A stretch of 64,000 bases of DNA from an uncultured Candidatus Saccharibacteria bacterium (GCA_964448075.1 CAYUUR010000001.1:1785-65784); one strand, 5' to 3'. Shown: positions 9,652-19,334, counted from the first letter of the stretch. Numbers and translations are program-made. Notes: generated by a model from the letters alone, not told the origin.

Positions 9652-11004
9652 CTAATTTGCAAATGGTTGTTCGTGACGTGTGTCCAGTGATCTAAAGCGT
9701 TGTTTTTCTTTGTCAAAATACAACTCAACATTACCGGTCGGTCCGTTACGATGCTTCTTGATCATGATATCGACAATGCCCTTACGTTCTGAGTCGGGAT
9801 TGTAATAATCTTCCCGGTAAATGAATGCCACGACGTCAGCATCTTGCTCGATAGATCCTGACTCACGTAGGTCAGAAAGCTGCGGATGGGGTGGCGTACG
9901 GCTTTCGACTGAGCGGCTTAACTGGCTTAGAGCAATAAGCGGAACATTCAGCTCACGAGCAATGCCCTTGAGACCACGTGATATCTCTGATATTTCTTGC
10001 ACGCGGTTGCCATCGCCGCCAAACTTGGCGCCACCGCTCATAAGTTGTAGATAGTCAACCACGATCAATCCTAGGGGCCGTAAGTGTGCCTCACGACGAG
10101 CCTTTGTGCGTAGGTCGCTCACGGTAATTCCTGGTGTGTCATCAATATATATAGGCGCTTCACCAAGCGTTCCCATTGCATGACCGATCTTTTCAAAGTC
10201 GGTGTCTGTCAGGTTGCCCGTCCGCAACGCCCAAGCATCAACTCCTGACTCCATTGCTAACATACGGTCAACAAGTTGTTCCTTGCTCATTTCCAGACTG
10301 AAGAGCAGTACTGTTTCATGAGACTTAACAGCGACGTTATGCGCCAAGTTAAGTGCCAGAGCAGTCTTACCCATAGAAGGTCGAGCCGCCAGAATGAACA
10401 GATCTGAGCGTTGTAGGCCTGCCAGCATATTGTCAAGATCTTTAAAGCCGGTCGGTACACCACGAATACGCCCTTTGTCTTTGTGGAGTTCATCTAGACG
10501 CTCAAAACTTTCTGAAAGGATTGACTCGAGACTCGCGATGTCTTGTTTAACGTGTTTTTGGCTTACTTCAAACAGTCGTGTCTCAGCTTCCTCGATCAGT
10601 TCCTGTAAGTTTGTACTCTCGTTAAAGCCCATCCCTACAATGTCTTGCGACGCATTAATAAGGCGACGGCGAATAGCTTTCTGGGAGACGATCTCTGCGT
10701 ACTGTTCGGCGTGCGCTGCAGTTGGCACAAAGTTTGTGAGTTCAGTTAGATAAGCAGCACCACCGACAGCTTCTAAAAATCCCGCACCTTTTAGCTGATC
10801 AGAAAGGGTCAATACATCGATGGGACGGTGCTGTTCGTATAGATGTGATATAGCCTCAAAAATATGACGATGTCGTTCCTCATAGAAGTCGGCCGCACCA
10901 ATTATGTCGGCAATCTTGACGATTGCGTCACTGTCAATTAAAAGAGCGCCTAATAAGCTGGCTTCAGCCTCGATATTCTGCGGCGGCACCTTCGGATTCA
11001 TCAC
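9652..11004 (-). CDS. dnaB: replicative DNA helicase DnaB
   Basis: 450 aa; N-terminal PPQNIEAEASLLGALL, Walker A ARPSMGKTALALN, RecA-like C-terminal domain. Confidence 0.95.
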   Translation of the reverse strand: MMNPKVPPQNIEAEASLLGALLIDSDAIVKIADIIGAADFYEERHRHIFEAISHLYEQHRPIDVLTLSDQLKGAGFLEAVGGAAYLTELTNFVPTAAHAEQYAEIVSQKAIRRRLINASQDIVGMGFNESTNLQELIEEAETRLFEVSQKHVKQDIASLESILSESFERLDELHKDKGRIRGVPTGFKDLDNMLAGLQRSDLFILAARPSMGKTALALNLAHNVAVKSHETVLLFSLEMSKEQLVDRMLAMESGVDAWALRTGNLTDTDFEKIGHAMGTLGEAPIYIDDTPGITVSDLRTKARREAHLRPLGLIVVDYLQLMSGGAKFGGDGNRVQEISEISRGLKGIARELNVPLIALSQLSRSVESRTPPHPQLSDLRESGSIEQDADVVAFIYREDYYNPDSERKGIVDIMIKKHRNGPTGNVELYFDKEKQRFRSLDTRHEQPFAN

Positions 11005-11038
11005 TTCCCTCTTGTTTGATCAGTTGTTGCAGTAGATA

Positions 11039-12583
11039 TTATTCTAACACCTCGGCGCCACCGAAAATATTGCTTATGGCTTCTAAACTTTCTACATCCT
11101 TAGGTTCTTCGGTCTTTGAAGCCAGTGTTTTCTGCGTTAATGGCGGCTGCACAACTGCAGCATTTTTGTCGACGATGGCCTTGATTGTAAAGCTTTGGCC
11201 ACATTGTTCGGTGATTATATCTGAAAGGATTTGCCGGTGTTTTTTGTCGGCGATTTTCTTTTGATGAAACCCAAAATTGAAGGTCAAAGTGATCGTATCG
11301 TCAGTTTGCTTAACTTGCGCCATACGTAATACTCCGTATAGCGTGTTATAGCGTTTCTTCACGACCGCCAAACACGCTTCCCAGTCAAAATCACTCACCT
11401 CTTGAGGTACTTTTATTTTTGATACTTGCTGTTTTATTTCATTCTGGGATTCTTTAGGTGTCTCATTATTGCTCTGCTTAGGATTGACGGCAGGAAGTAC
11501 TTCTTCTTTTACCACTGGCTGTGACTTCATTTTGGCTGGTTCTATCTTAACGGAAGCAAGGGGTGTACTTGCAGCTGCTTTGGTACTTTGTGAAGTGTGC
11601 GTATCGGACGCAGAAGTGGGGTGATCGAGTGCGAGGCTCATGCCAACAAGCGCAATCTCAAGTGCTGCATATGGGTCGGCGGCGGCCGAAACTTGGAGGA
11701 GCTTCTGCATTGATTGCAGTAGCAGATCGTCAGGCAGCTGGCCGGCTCTGTCCGCTAAAGATTGTCTGAATGAGACGTTGAGCTGGCTGGCAATGCGGGA
11801 TGCGTCATACCCTTCGTCACGGAGCAGAGCAAGTTGTTCGAAGATTGCACTGGCACCATTTGGTATTGCGTTCACTAGGTCGTCAATAGCAGCGTCAGGA
11901 GGTACGCCAAGCAATCCGTAGATCGTCTCGGCGTCGACCTTACCTTTGTGTTGGCTCATTTGGTCTAATAAGCTGATACTGTCACGGAAACTGCCCTGAC
12001 CATGCCGGGCAATGACTTCTAGGGCATCATCAGTGATGTCTATTTTTTCTGCCGTAGCAATAGTACGCAAATGCGCCGTCACCTGCTTTACGTCAACAGG
12101 CTTAAATGTGTACCGTTGGGTTCGACTAATGATCGTATCAGGTAACTTGTGTGCTTCTGTCGTAGCTAAAATAAAAATGACATGGGCTGGCGGTTCTTCA
12201 AGCGTCTTTAAGAGGGCGTTAAAAGCCTCTCGCGTGAGCATATGAACTTCATCAATGATATAGACTTTGTATTTACCTTGAACCGGCGCAATACTGACTC
12301 GGTCTCGAAGATCGCGCATTTCATCTATTCGCCGGTTTGATGCTGCATCGATCTCAATAATATCAACCGGTAACGCTGTCTCGTCGTATGCAAAACCATT
12401 CACTTCAAAAGCAAGGATACGTGCAATGCTGGTTTTGCCAATGCCGTGAGGCCCGGTAAACAGATATGCGTGGCTGATTCCTTCGTGTTTGAGGGCGTGA
12501 GTCAGCGCCGTGGTTATATGTTCCTGTCCGACGATTTCGGACAGACTCTTAGAACGGTACTTTCGATACAACGCTTTCCCCAT
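11039..12583 (-). CDS. dnaX: DNA polymerase III subunit gamma/tau
   Basis: 514 aa; Walker A GPHGIGKTS, clamp-loader box LLKTLEEPP, low-complexity linker, tau-like C-terminus. Confidence 0.9.
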   Translation of the reverse strand: MGKALYRKYRSKSLSEIVGQEHITTALTHALKHEGISHAYLFTGPHGIGKTSIARILAFEVNGFAYDETALPVDIIEIDAASNRRIDEMRDLRDRVSIAPVQGKYKVYIIDEVHMLTREAFNALLKTLEEPPAHVIFILATTEAHKLPDTIISRTQRYTFKPVDVKQVTAHLRTIATAEKIDITDDALEVIARHGQGSFRDSISLLDQMSQHKGKVDAETIYGLLGVPPDAAIDDLVNAIPNGASAIFEQLALLRDEGYDASRIASQLNVSFRQSLADRAGQLPDDLLLQSMQKLLQVSAAADPYAALEIALVGMSLALDHPTSASDTHTSQSTKAAASTPLASVKIEPAKMKSQPVVKEEVLPAVNPKQSNNETPKESQNEIKQQVSKIKVPQEVSDFDWEACLAVVKKRYNTLYGVLRMAQVKQTDDTITLTFNFGFHQKKIADKKHRQILSDIITEQCGQSFTIKAIVDKNAAVVQPPLTQKTLASKTEEPKDVESLEAISNIFGGAEVLE

Positions 12584-12634
12584 ATGCCTATTGATTATAG
12601 ACGCTAGAGTTCAGAATGCAGAGTGTATTAATTA

Positions 12635-13342
12635 CTATGCTGCGTTTTCACTTCGAAACGCACCGATAGCTTGTTCGGGCATTCGCACGACCACTTCAGC
12701 GTATGCTTCGAGCGATTGTTCGATCGGCGACGGCTGCGCAGGCAATAACCCTGACTGACGTGCGTAGTCGATTGATGCTACTGCAGACATGCCAATGCCA
12801 GCAGCTGCTATGCCACACGATGCTGCACGGGCAGCAAAACGACGGGTTGGTTTTTCAATCCCTGTCGATCCAAGCAGCAACCCCATTCCAAGGACTGTCT
12901 TAAACTCCCCAAGCTTCCCAGTATAATTAACATTAATCTCTTCACCTTTCACAGTGCCGATTGCGCTAATAACAGTCTTGGCTAGCTTTTGCGCCTTTGC
13001 GCTTTTACTGAGTAGCCGTGGAATGGCGCCAGATTTTTCTCCTGCGTGAATAATCGCTCCAGAAAACAGTGTATCTACGATAGGATCGCCAATCCGACCA
13101 GTTTTTGATCTTCGAAAACCCCATTTTGCCCAGTTCTGCGATTTATCCTCTTGTTTTGCCGCGAGACCGTCTGCCTTGTCGCTGAATGCAACAACCCCTG
13201 CACTTACCCAGTTTGCTGCAGGATCTCGCTTAACTGCACGATACAAAAAAGGAAGTGCAACAAGCCTCCCCAGAGTTAGGGCATTCGGTACTGTCAGCAG
13301 ATCTTCTTTGATTGCTAGTTTGTTTTCCTGTGACATTTTCAT
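12635..13342 (-). CDS. divergent CDP-alcohol phosphatidyltransferase-like protein
   Basis: 235 aa; VPNALTLGRL start and D-x2-DG-x2-A ... G-x3-D-x3-D (SDKADGLAAK ... GRIGDPIVD) with an expanded spacer. Confidence 0.35.
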   Translation of the reverse strand: MKMSQENKLAIKEDLLTVPNALTLGRLVALPFLYRAVKRDPAANWVSAGVVAFSDKADGLAAKQEDKSQNWAKWGFRRSKTGRIGDPIVDTLFSGAIIHAGEKSGAIPRLLSKSAKAQKLAKTVISAIGTVKGEEINVNYTGKLGEFKTVLGMGLLLGSTGIEKPTRRFAARAASCGIAAAGIGMSAVASIDYARQSGLLPAQPSPIEQSLEAYAEVVVRMPEQAIGAFRSENAA

Positions 13343-13398
13343 GCAAATACAATACCACCCAACAGTTTAAATACCATGAGCAATAAACTAACCTTCTT

Positions 13399-13905
13399 CT
13401 AGAGTGCGGCTTCGAGGGCGGCCCACTCGGCGCCATCTTCTTCAGGAACATTGACGCTGACTTGGTCGCCTGGCTTTGCCTTGAAGTATGTGACGCTCGC
13501 GAGCAAGACTCTGTACTGCTTGTCGCCGACCGTTACAAAGTAATGTCCGTCTTTTTGCTCGAGTACACCCACGATCTGCTTGCGTGGTATTGGGCCAATT
13601 TGCTTGTATAGGAATGCCCCGTCATCTGCAATGGTTAGTTTAAGGATGTCACCCTGTACTAGCTTTGATTTTGAGGCATAATTTGCAGGCACTGGGTATG
13701 TTTTGCCGTCAGAACCAACCATGTTCTGTCCATCAAATACACCTTCAATTACTTTGCCAAGGTTGTCATCAACAATTGCGTTAGTTACGCTCGGGTCGTC
13801 TCCTACAACGCTTACAAGCAGTTCTTTGGCTGCCGCAAGACTTGTCTCTGCCTCTGCTATTAGTGCTTTTAATCGTTTGATTTGTTTCTCTGGAAGCTCT
13901 GCCAT
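13399..13905 (-). CDS. hypothetical protein
   Basis: ORF-track frame 13399..13929 starts at TTG. The first ATG (13903-13905, MAELPEKQ) is more likely. No recognisable domain. Confidence 0.5.
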   Translation of the reverse strand: MAELPEKQIKRLKALIAEAETSLAAAKELLVSVVGDDPSVTNAIVDDNLGKVIEGVFDGQNMVGSDGKTYPVPANYASKSKLVQGDILKLTIADDGAFLYKQIGPIPRKQIVGVLEQKDGHYFVTVGDKQYRVLLASVTYFKAKPGDQVSVNVPEEDGAEWAALEAAL

Positions 13906-14011
13906 CGTTTTGGTCTCTCTTTTTACCAATAAGTGTTTATTGGGTACACTTACTCCTCAAGCTATCATGATTGTGTAATCAAGTCAAAACTATATGGAGT
14001 TTTCTGTGGAT

Positions 14012-14050
14012 AAAAAAGAACCCACCTGTATAGACAAGGGGTTCTTTTTT
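14012..14050 (-). terminator. intrinsic terminator after rplL (bidirectional shape)
   Basis: AGAACCC / GGGTTCT stem flanked by an A-run (14012-14017) and a T-run (14045-14050), about 60 nt after the rplL stop. Confidence 0.65.
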
Positions 14051-14108
14051 GAGAACAGTGCTTAGGCGAGTTCAACTGTTTGATCAAAGATCAAAGCAGC
14101 GGAGTAGG

Positions 14109-14489
14109 CTATGCCAACTCCACTGTAGCGCCAGCTTCTTCCAAAGCTTTCTTGGCGTTTTCTGCGTCTTCTTTCTTAGCCTTTTCAAGAACTGGCTTTG
14201 GTGCGCCATCAACAACTGCTTTAGCTTCACCAAGACCGAGGCCAGTGATGTCTTTAACGGCCTTGATAACAGCAACCTTTTGCGCGCCCGAATCCTTGAG
14301 GATAACGTCGTATTCGCTCTTCTCTTCTGCTGCGCCAGCGTCAGCGTCGCCGCCTGCTGGAGCTGCTACTGCAACTGCTGCAGCAGCTGGTTCGATGCCA
14401 TACTCATCCTTAAGGATGGTAGCAAGTTCGTTTACTTCTAGAACGCTCAAGTTAACGAGCTGTTCTGCAAATTTCTTTAGATCTGCCAT
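14109..14489 (-). CDS. rplL: 50S ribosomal protein L7/L12
   Basis: 126 aa; Ala-rich hinge and conserved C-terminal domain ([25 protein letters not shown]). Confidence 0.97.
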   Translation of the reverse strand: MADLKKFAEQLVNLSVLEVNELATILKDEYGIEPAAAAVAVAAPAGGDADAGAAEEKSEYDVILKDSGAQKVAVIKAVKDITGLGLGEAKAVVDGAPKPVLEKAKKEDAENAKKALEEAGATVELA

Positions 14490-14506
14490 GAGATTGTTCC
14501 TTTCAA

Positions 14507-15031
14507 TTAGTTTGTGGCCTTAGCAGCAACTGCGTCCAAAAGACCGTGCAGGTTGCCTTTGAGCCCGCTCATTACATTATTAACTGGTGAGTTAAGGGTA
14601 TTGATAATACCGGCAATAAGCTCATTCTTGCTTGGCAATGTAGCCAAGGCTTTGACTTCGTCAGCTGACATGAAGTTGCCTTCAGCGCTGATTGCACCAA
14701 CAAACTGTAGGGTTGGTTGGGTTTTTGCAAACGTGGCAATGGTTTTTGCTGGTGCGACTTCATCATTACTGTTGAAGGCGTAGAGCAACATACCCTTGAG
14801 TTCGCTTACGTCGATGTCTTTGAATGCGTCACTACTTTGCAGCGCTTTGACGAAAAGGCGGTTTTTTATCACCTTCATTGTTGTGCCGTTCTCTCGGCCA
14901 TCGCGGCGGAGGCTTTGGAGAGCCTTTACCGGTGTGCCTTGATAAGCGACAACAACAGTCATCTTAGAACTGGTAAGTAGGTCAGATAATTCAGAGACAA
15001 CTTCATTCTTCTTTGCTTTTGTTAAAGCCAT
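14507..15031 (-). CDS. rplJ: 50S ribosomal protein L10
   Basis: 174 aa; L10-like sequence directly upstream of rplL. Confidence 0.95.
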   Translation of the reverse strand: MALTKAKKNEVVSELSDLLTSSKMTVVVAYQGTPVKALQSLRRDGRENGTTMKVIKNRLFVKALQSSDAFKDIDVSELKGMLLYAFNSNDEVAPAKTIATFAKTQPTLQFVGAISAEGNFMSADEVKALATLPSKNELIAGIINTLNSPVNNVMSGLKGNLHGLLDAVAAKATN

Positions 15032-15205
15032 AGATTAATTACTCCGTTTATTTATATCGACCTGGTGTTTTTTAAGGAGCGTTACCGACTAAAAAAGCCT
15101 TCAGCTTACGCCAAAGACTTTTTACTCGAAAACAAAATTAGATTTTGTGCCTCGGTAGCATTCTTAATCTGATTGCTCAGACGCTACTGTCTTTGGTAAC
15201 TAGAC
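15032..15205 (-). promoter_or_regulatory. rplJ 5' leader with internal attenuator hairpin (L10-leader-like)
   Basis: About 175-nt 5' UTR. On the minus strand, hairpin AGTCTTTGGC-GTAA-GCTGAAGGCT followed by T6 (15091-15119) lies about 60 nt before the ATG. Confidence 0.5.
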
Positions 15206-15208
15206 GCT

Positions 15209-15237
15209 ATTATACCGAAGTTAATCTTCAAAGTCAA
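15209..15237 (-). promoter_or_regulatory. sigma70-type promoter of rplJL
   Basis: Minus strand TTGACT (15232-15237), 17-nt spacer, TATAAT (15209-15214). Confidence 0.6.
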
Positions 15238-15500
15238 AGGTTTCGCATACGCTCAACTTTAGCACGCAAAGCTGGTGGTAGCTCATCAAGTACACGTGGC
15301 GGGCTTACGTTAGCGCCTTGCATGGCTGTAGAGCCGTCCGTTCGGGCTGGCTCTTCGGTTTCTGGGCGTTCCATCTCAACTGCGTTAAGGCCATTGCTTG
15401 GCACAAAATTGCCGCGCATAAGCGGAACGGCTGGCCGATCGCGCATCAAGGACTCGGCGAGTCTTTCAAACTCTGGTGTGTGTTCTGGATTGTTGTCCAT
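15234..15500 (-). CDS. hypothetical small acidic protein (88 aa)
   Basis: ATG preceded by SD AGGAGAG; no recognisable domain. Confidence 0.45.
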   Translation of the reverse strand: MDNNPEHTPEFERLAESLMRDRPAVPLMRGNFVPSNGLNAVEMERPETEEPARTDGSTAMQGANVSPPRVLDELPPALRAKVERMRNL

Positions 15501-15531
15501 TATTCTCTCCTGTTGTGGTGTAAGTGCAATT

Positions 15532-15560
15532 AAAAACCCCGCGCTGTTTCACGCGGGGTT
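15532..15560 (-). terminator. intrinsic terminator after the 159-aa ORF
   Basis: 9-bp stem AACCCCGCG / CGCGGGGTT followed by a U-run on the minus strand. Confidence 0.65.
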
Positions 15561-15670
15561 GTGTTGCTATTGGTAAAATGCCTCAAAACACCGCGTCTAG
15601 CGGATAATAATCTCCTGAGAAATAATTACATGAGTCATTGCATTTGATGTTACGCTTTTTTGCCCTGGTG

Positions 15671-16150
15671 TCAAGCCGGCAACTCAGCACGCATTGTGTC
15701 GAACTCTACTGCTGCCTCACGGACCACTCGTGAGTACAGACTATATACTGCATCAGCTTCTTCCATGATCATTATGCCCTGGGTTGCTCTTATGCGTGCT
15801 GCTTCGACTACTCGTTCATAGTCCTGAGATACGTTGAGTTTAGCTCCGCTATCGCGAATGTCTACTTCGCTTGCACATGCCTCTACGTAGGCTACTACCT
15901 CACAGAACTCGTGAGAATTAGTCTCGGCAATTTCAATAATCAATGGATCGTCGTTGCGTATGTGTTTCGGTTCCTTAGAGCCAAACTCTAATGTGGGCTT
16001 CATGCTGCCACGTTGTACAAACATGCTGTAGATGGTTCTGTCAGTGAACCTTATATGGATCGATGGCGTTATGATCTCTTTGATTGGTCCTATGTCTGTA
16101 GGGTCAATGTCGTGAAACTGTTCCCATCGTTTTTCTCTTGTTTCTATCAT
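15671..16150 (-). CDS. hypothetical protein (159 aa)
   Basis: ATG with strong SD (AAGGAGAcuacaaATG); own terminator; no recognisable domain. Confidence 0.55.
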   Translation of the reverse strand: MIETREKRWEQFHDIDPTDIGPIKEIITPSIHIRFTDRTIYSMFVQRGSMKPTLEFGSKEPKHIRNDDPLIIEIAETNSHEFCEVVAYVEACASEVDIRDSGAKLNVSQDYERVVEAARIRATQGIMIMEEADAVYSLYSRVVREAAVEFDTMRAELPA

Positions 16151-16334
16151 TTGTAGTCTCCTTGAATTTAATAACGGGCCTGAAGCCCGTTTATGATGAT
16201 GGCTGCGCTTGACGTCTACGACGTACGGGCTTCAATACTGAAGCACAGCCCGTTAAGGCTAAGGAGCAGGCCGAGTAGTGCTTGTTTTGTATTGAATAAA
16301 CTCATTACATACGATTCTATCATAAAAAATGTTG

Positions 16335-16363
16335 TTGACAATACAAACTCGCAAGAGTAAAGT
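16335..16363 (+). promoter_or_regulatory. sigma70-type promoter
   Basis: TTGACA (16335-16340), 17-nt spacer, TAAAGT (16358-16363). Confidence 0.5.
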
Positions 16364-16388
16364 CTGCATTGTGAAAGTTATATCGAAT

Positions 16389-16528
16389 CCAACTATTACC
16401 ATCAAGCACCTATGCCGCATGTACGGTCTCGTGCTTATTGTGGCCAAATAATAGTTGGAGTCCCCGCGTTAACATTCATCAAACAGAACACAAGCAAACC
16501 GGACTCCACAGCAGGAGGCCGGTTTTTT
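16389..16528 (+). promoter_or_regulatory. structured leader: long hairpin plus antiterminator/terminator alternative (riboswitch- or attenuator-like)
   Basis: P1 CCAACTATTA (16389-16398) pairs with TAATAGTTGG (16449-16458), enclosing about 14 more bp. TGGAGTCC (16456-16463) can pair with GGACTCCA (16501-16508), which is the 5' arm of terminator ACCGGACTCC/GGAGGCCGGT followed by T6 (16498-16528). Confidence 0.45.
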
Positions 16529-16541
16529 AAAGGAAAAGGCT

Positions 16542-16652
16542 ATGCACACCAACCACCCAAACTACAACCAAACCGTAAATGATGTCGTTTCGTATGAAAT
16601 GGCAGTGGTGCTTGCATTGTCTGAAACAAAAACGCACATGGTTGCCCAATAA
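16542..16652 (+). CDS. possible 36-aa peptide
   Basis: Own translation MHTNHPNYNQTVNDVVSYEMAVVLALSETKTHMVAQ; purine-rich AAAGGAAAAGG before the ATG; below ORF-track cutoff. Confidence 0.2.
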   Translation: MHTNHPNYNQTVNDVVSYEMAVVLALSETKTHMVAQ

Positions 16653-16664
16653 TATCGTATTAAA

Positions 16665-17045
16665 ATGACTAGCGAGAATAAGATGAGTGTATTTGAGAAA
16701 GCAGCAGTAGAAACGCCTGAGCCGAAGGATGAGCTACAGGAATACGCCGAGAAGGCGGCGCTTGGAGTATTTGAAAACTTTCAGGAGTTTGTAGACGGCC
16801 GTAGCAATGATTTCTCGGCTTACTTTGTACTTGGTAGCGATATACATGACAGGCAGAGAGAAATCTTTATGGGGTTGATAAGTGAATTCTATGAATCAAG
16901 CACTCAACTGCCTGAAGGAGCACTTGTGGTTACGGATAACGTAACACTTATGGCTTCATGTAATGCTTATATTGATCCTGATTCGCAAATAGCTATCCCA
17001 TACGACATCACGTACACCGCGACGCGGTTCGATTCAAATTTATAG
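16665..17045 (+). CDS. hypothetical acidic protein (126 aa)
   Basis: Only sizeable plus-strand ORF in this island; no clear SD; no recognisable domain. Confidence 0.4.
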   Translation: MTSENKMSVFEKAAVETPEPKDELQEYAEKAALGVFENFQEFVDGRSNDFSAYFVLGSDIHDRQREIFMGLISEFYESSTQLPEGALVVTDNVTLMASCNAYIDPDSQIAIPYDITYTATRFDSNL

Positions 17046-19334
17046 CTTTTTGAGCTTGTACTGGGTATAGCGCTCGGCGGCAAGCCGAGTTAACTCTTCG
17101 TCTTCACCTTTGTTTACAAACAGCATCGCGTCTGCCATCAGGGGATGCACTTTTGCTAGCTGTTCGTGCATTTGCAAGACGAGCTTACGGTAGCCTGGGT
17201 GCCCTTGTGGTGAGGTGCGGAGCTCATGAAAATGAAAAGCTTCCCGGGCATTGTACGTTATCTTCCAACGCATGCGATGCCCAAGCAACGTGGCGTACTG
17301 AGCCTCTAAACTATGCCCCTCAGCTTGCAGAAGACTGTACAGGGCAAGAGACAAATCAAAGCATTGTTCAAATGCATCACTCAGGCCGGCCTCTTCGATG
17401 AGTGCAGGTATTTCGTATCCGTAGCGTGGCGTCAGTTGTTGCCAGTTTAGATCGTCAACCATACGGTGTCGTTGCAGGTCGCGGAAGATCCCGTAGTCGC
17501 ACATGATGTCCCAGCTGTAGTGTGCCTTTTCGAACGCACGGCCAGGTTTGTGGCGGCGGTTGAGACGTTCACCTACTGACGCCTTGAACACAGCGTATTT
17601 CTTATCATAGCCCCATTCGCTTACTTCCTGTCTGATTTGCTCGAGCGGCAAACTACTATGCTCGTACAAAATATCCGCCACGATGTCTATCTCGTTGCGT
17701 GGCCAGTAGTCTGTCAGCGTGACCGGTTCTGATGGCGCACTATGCTGTTCAGGCAGCTGTTCATGAGCAATTGCTTTAACAGCCTGGTGCGTGTTAGCGC
17801 GATAGGCTATCAATGCACCGCCGCGATCAGGCCTGTCAGCCCTCTCCAAGAACGTAGGGATGACTTTGCGGGCCTCGTCGAGCAATTGTTGGCCAACAGT
17901 ACGTGCTTCTGGTAGCTCATCACTGAGCAGATGCATGATGAGCGACTCGAGCGCCTGCCCAGATGCATAAATACCCACTGTCGCTGTTGTTGCTACGGGC
18001 AGGACTGGTCGAACTGCATCACATGCTTGGGCTCGAACGGCTCCTTTCCAAGCTATATCGCGCTCCTTGGCAGGAACAGATGATTTATTGCCGATGTAGT
18101 CAGTTAGTTTGTGTACCATATAAGAATACAAATCAAATATCTGATCCATAGACTGAGCATACTGTTGAGCAACCTTTGCCGATAGTGAAGTCGGTGTAAA
18201 GTAGCGGTATTTACCATTGTCATCCTTGCGGTCAAAGTAAATATAGCGGGTTGATTGCTCGAGATATGCTGCCAATCTGCCCCATTCGAGTTTCTTTGTC
18301 AGGAGATTTGATGCGTTTTCAACGACAACATGTTGGCCTACCAGCTGTTGGACAGAATCATCACCGTATGCAGTGATAACTCGCTGCAATAGCTTTTCAT
18401 CTTTACCTGCAGATCCAATAAACTCATCCAATATTGTGACGCGCATATCATCAGCTCGGCGACTCAGCCGAGCCATGGCTGCCGCAATCGTCAGTGGCGT
18501 TAGGGTATCGTTAAATGCGTATACATTCCCACTCGTGTTGGTAACTGCAGTGTCTAGATATGCTTTGCCTTCGTCTGTGATGACGAAGTTACCTTGCTCT
18601 GATTTTGCTAGGTATGCAGGTGTATCCTCTGTTACGGGGCTGTTAACTGCAGGTTGCGATGCGCTTGATGATACAGAAACAGTATGGTCGATTTTGATCG
18701 TCTCACCAGGTTGGCCAAGTAAAGCGGCCACATGGTTCCATATCTCACGAGCAACTGTTTCGGCAGAACCTATAGCATAAACGACTGGCAAAGATCGGTT
18801 GTGTGCCTCCCAGAGGTACCCAGAACGCACTTTCTCTAGAAAATCAGCTTGGAGTGTGTCAAACCTTTCTGCCTGGTACCGTTCTGACATACGCTCTTGA
18901 AGCACTTTCACCGGTGCATCCAGTACGACTGTTAGATCGGGCTCCATGCCATCTATGGCGAAATTAATGATCTGATTAATTGTTTCATAGTCTTTGATGT
19001 CGCCGCGCGCATAATACTGGATTGCCAGGGTTGTAAGATAGCTACGGTCAACTAAGCAGTTAATGCCTTGATTGATGCTACGCTTGATACTCTCGAGCGA
19101 CTCCGAACGGGCTGCGTTATATAACAGTACCTCTGTGCGTGTGTTCATTGGGTAGCGTGGATCTTGTGTGAGGCTCCGGATGGCGCGAGCGGTGAGACTT
19201 GTTTGGCTATCTGGCTCACGAAAAACACGGACATCTAGTCCCTGCTTACGTAAATGATCAGCCAGGAGATTCAGTTGGGTTGATTTGCCGACTCCTTGGG
19301 GCCCTTCGATGACAATGTATTTACCCTTAGTCAT
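17040..19334 (-). CDS. fusion protein: thymidylate kinase (N-terminal) + long-form flavin-dependent thymidylate synthase ThyX
   Basis: 764 aa. N-terminus has IVIEGPQGVGKSTQ P-loop and LVDRSYLTTLAIQY (Tmk). The C-terminal ~550 aa carry ThyX-type motifs (LARLSRR; FRDLQRHRM...TPRY; FHELRTSPQGH), about twice the length of a single ThyX domain. Confidence 0.75.
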   Translation of the reverse strand: MTKGKYIVIEGPQGVGKSTQLNLLADHLRKQGLDVRVFREPDSQTSLTARAIRSLTQDPRYPMNTRTEVLLYNAARSESLESIKRSINQGINCLVDRSYLTTLAIQYYARGDIKDYETINQIINFAIDGMEPDLTVVLDAPVKVLQERMSERYQAERFDTLQADFLEKVRSGYLWEAHNRSLPVVYAIGSAETVAREIWNHVAALLGQPGETIKIDHTVSVSSSASQPAVNSPVTEDTPAYLAKSEQGNFVITDEGKAYLDTAVTNTSGNVYAFNDTLTPLTIAAAMARLSRRADDMRVTILDEFIGSAGKDEKLLQRVITAYGDDSVQQLVGQHVVVENASNLLTKKLEWGRLAAYLEQSTRYIYFDRKDDNGKYRYFTPTSLSAKVAQQYAQSMDQIFDLYSYMVHKLTDYIGNKSSVPAKERDIAWKGAVRAQACDAVRPVLPVATTATVGIYASGQALESLIMHLLSDELPEARTVGQQLLDEARKVIPTFLERADRPDRGGALIAYRANTHQAVKAIAHEQLPEQHSAPSEPVTLTDYWPRNEIDIVADILYEHSSLPLEQIRQEVSEWGYDKKYAVFKASVGERLNRRHKPGRAFEKAHYSWDIMCDYGIFRDLQRHRMVDDLNWQQLTPRYGYEIPALIEEAGLSDAFEQCFDLSLALYSLLQAEGHSLEAQYATLLGHRMRWKITYNAREAFHFHELRTSPQGHPGYRKLVLQMHEQLAKVHPLMADAMLFVNKGEDEELTRLAAERYTQYKLKKL

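Noticed and set aside
16151-16165. Shared AATTCAAGGAGA upstream of rplK (22311-22322) and of the 159-aa ORF as a second leader duplication
   Set aside because: Only 12 nt are shared, most of it the SD consensus itself. That is plausible by chance across roughly 100 start regions, unlike the 17-mer plus extended similarity at rplA.
16259-16447. 62-aa minus-strand ORF
   Set aside because: It overlaps the plus-strand promoter and the long hairpin. It has no SD and an odd composition. The region is better explained as a structured leader.
16389-16528. T-box riboswitch interpretation of the structured leader
   Set aside because: I could not find the conserved T-box antiterminator sequence or a specifier-loop/K-turn arrangement, and the downstream genes are not aminoacyl-tRNA-related. 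Left as an unclassified attenuator.
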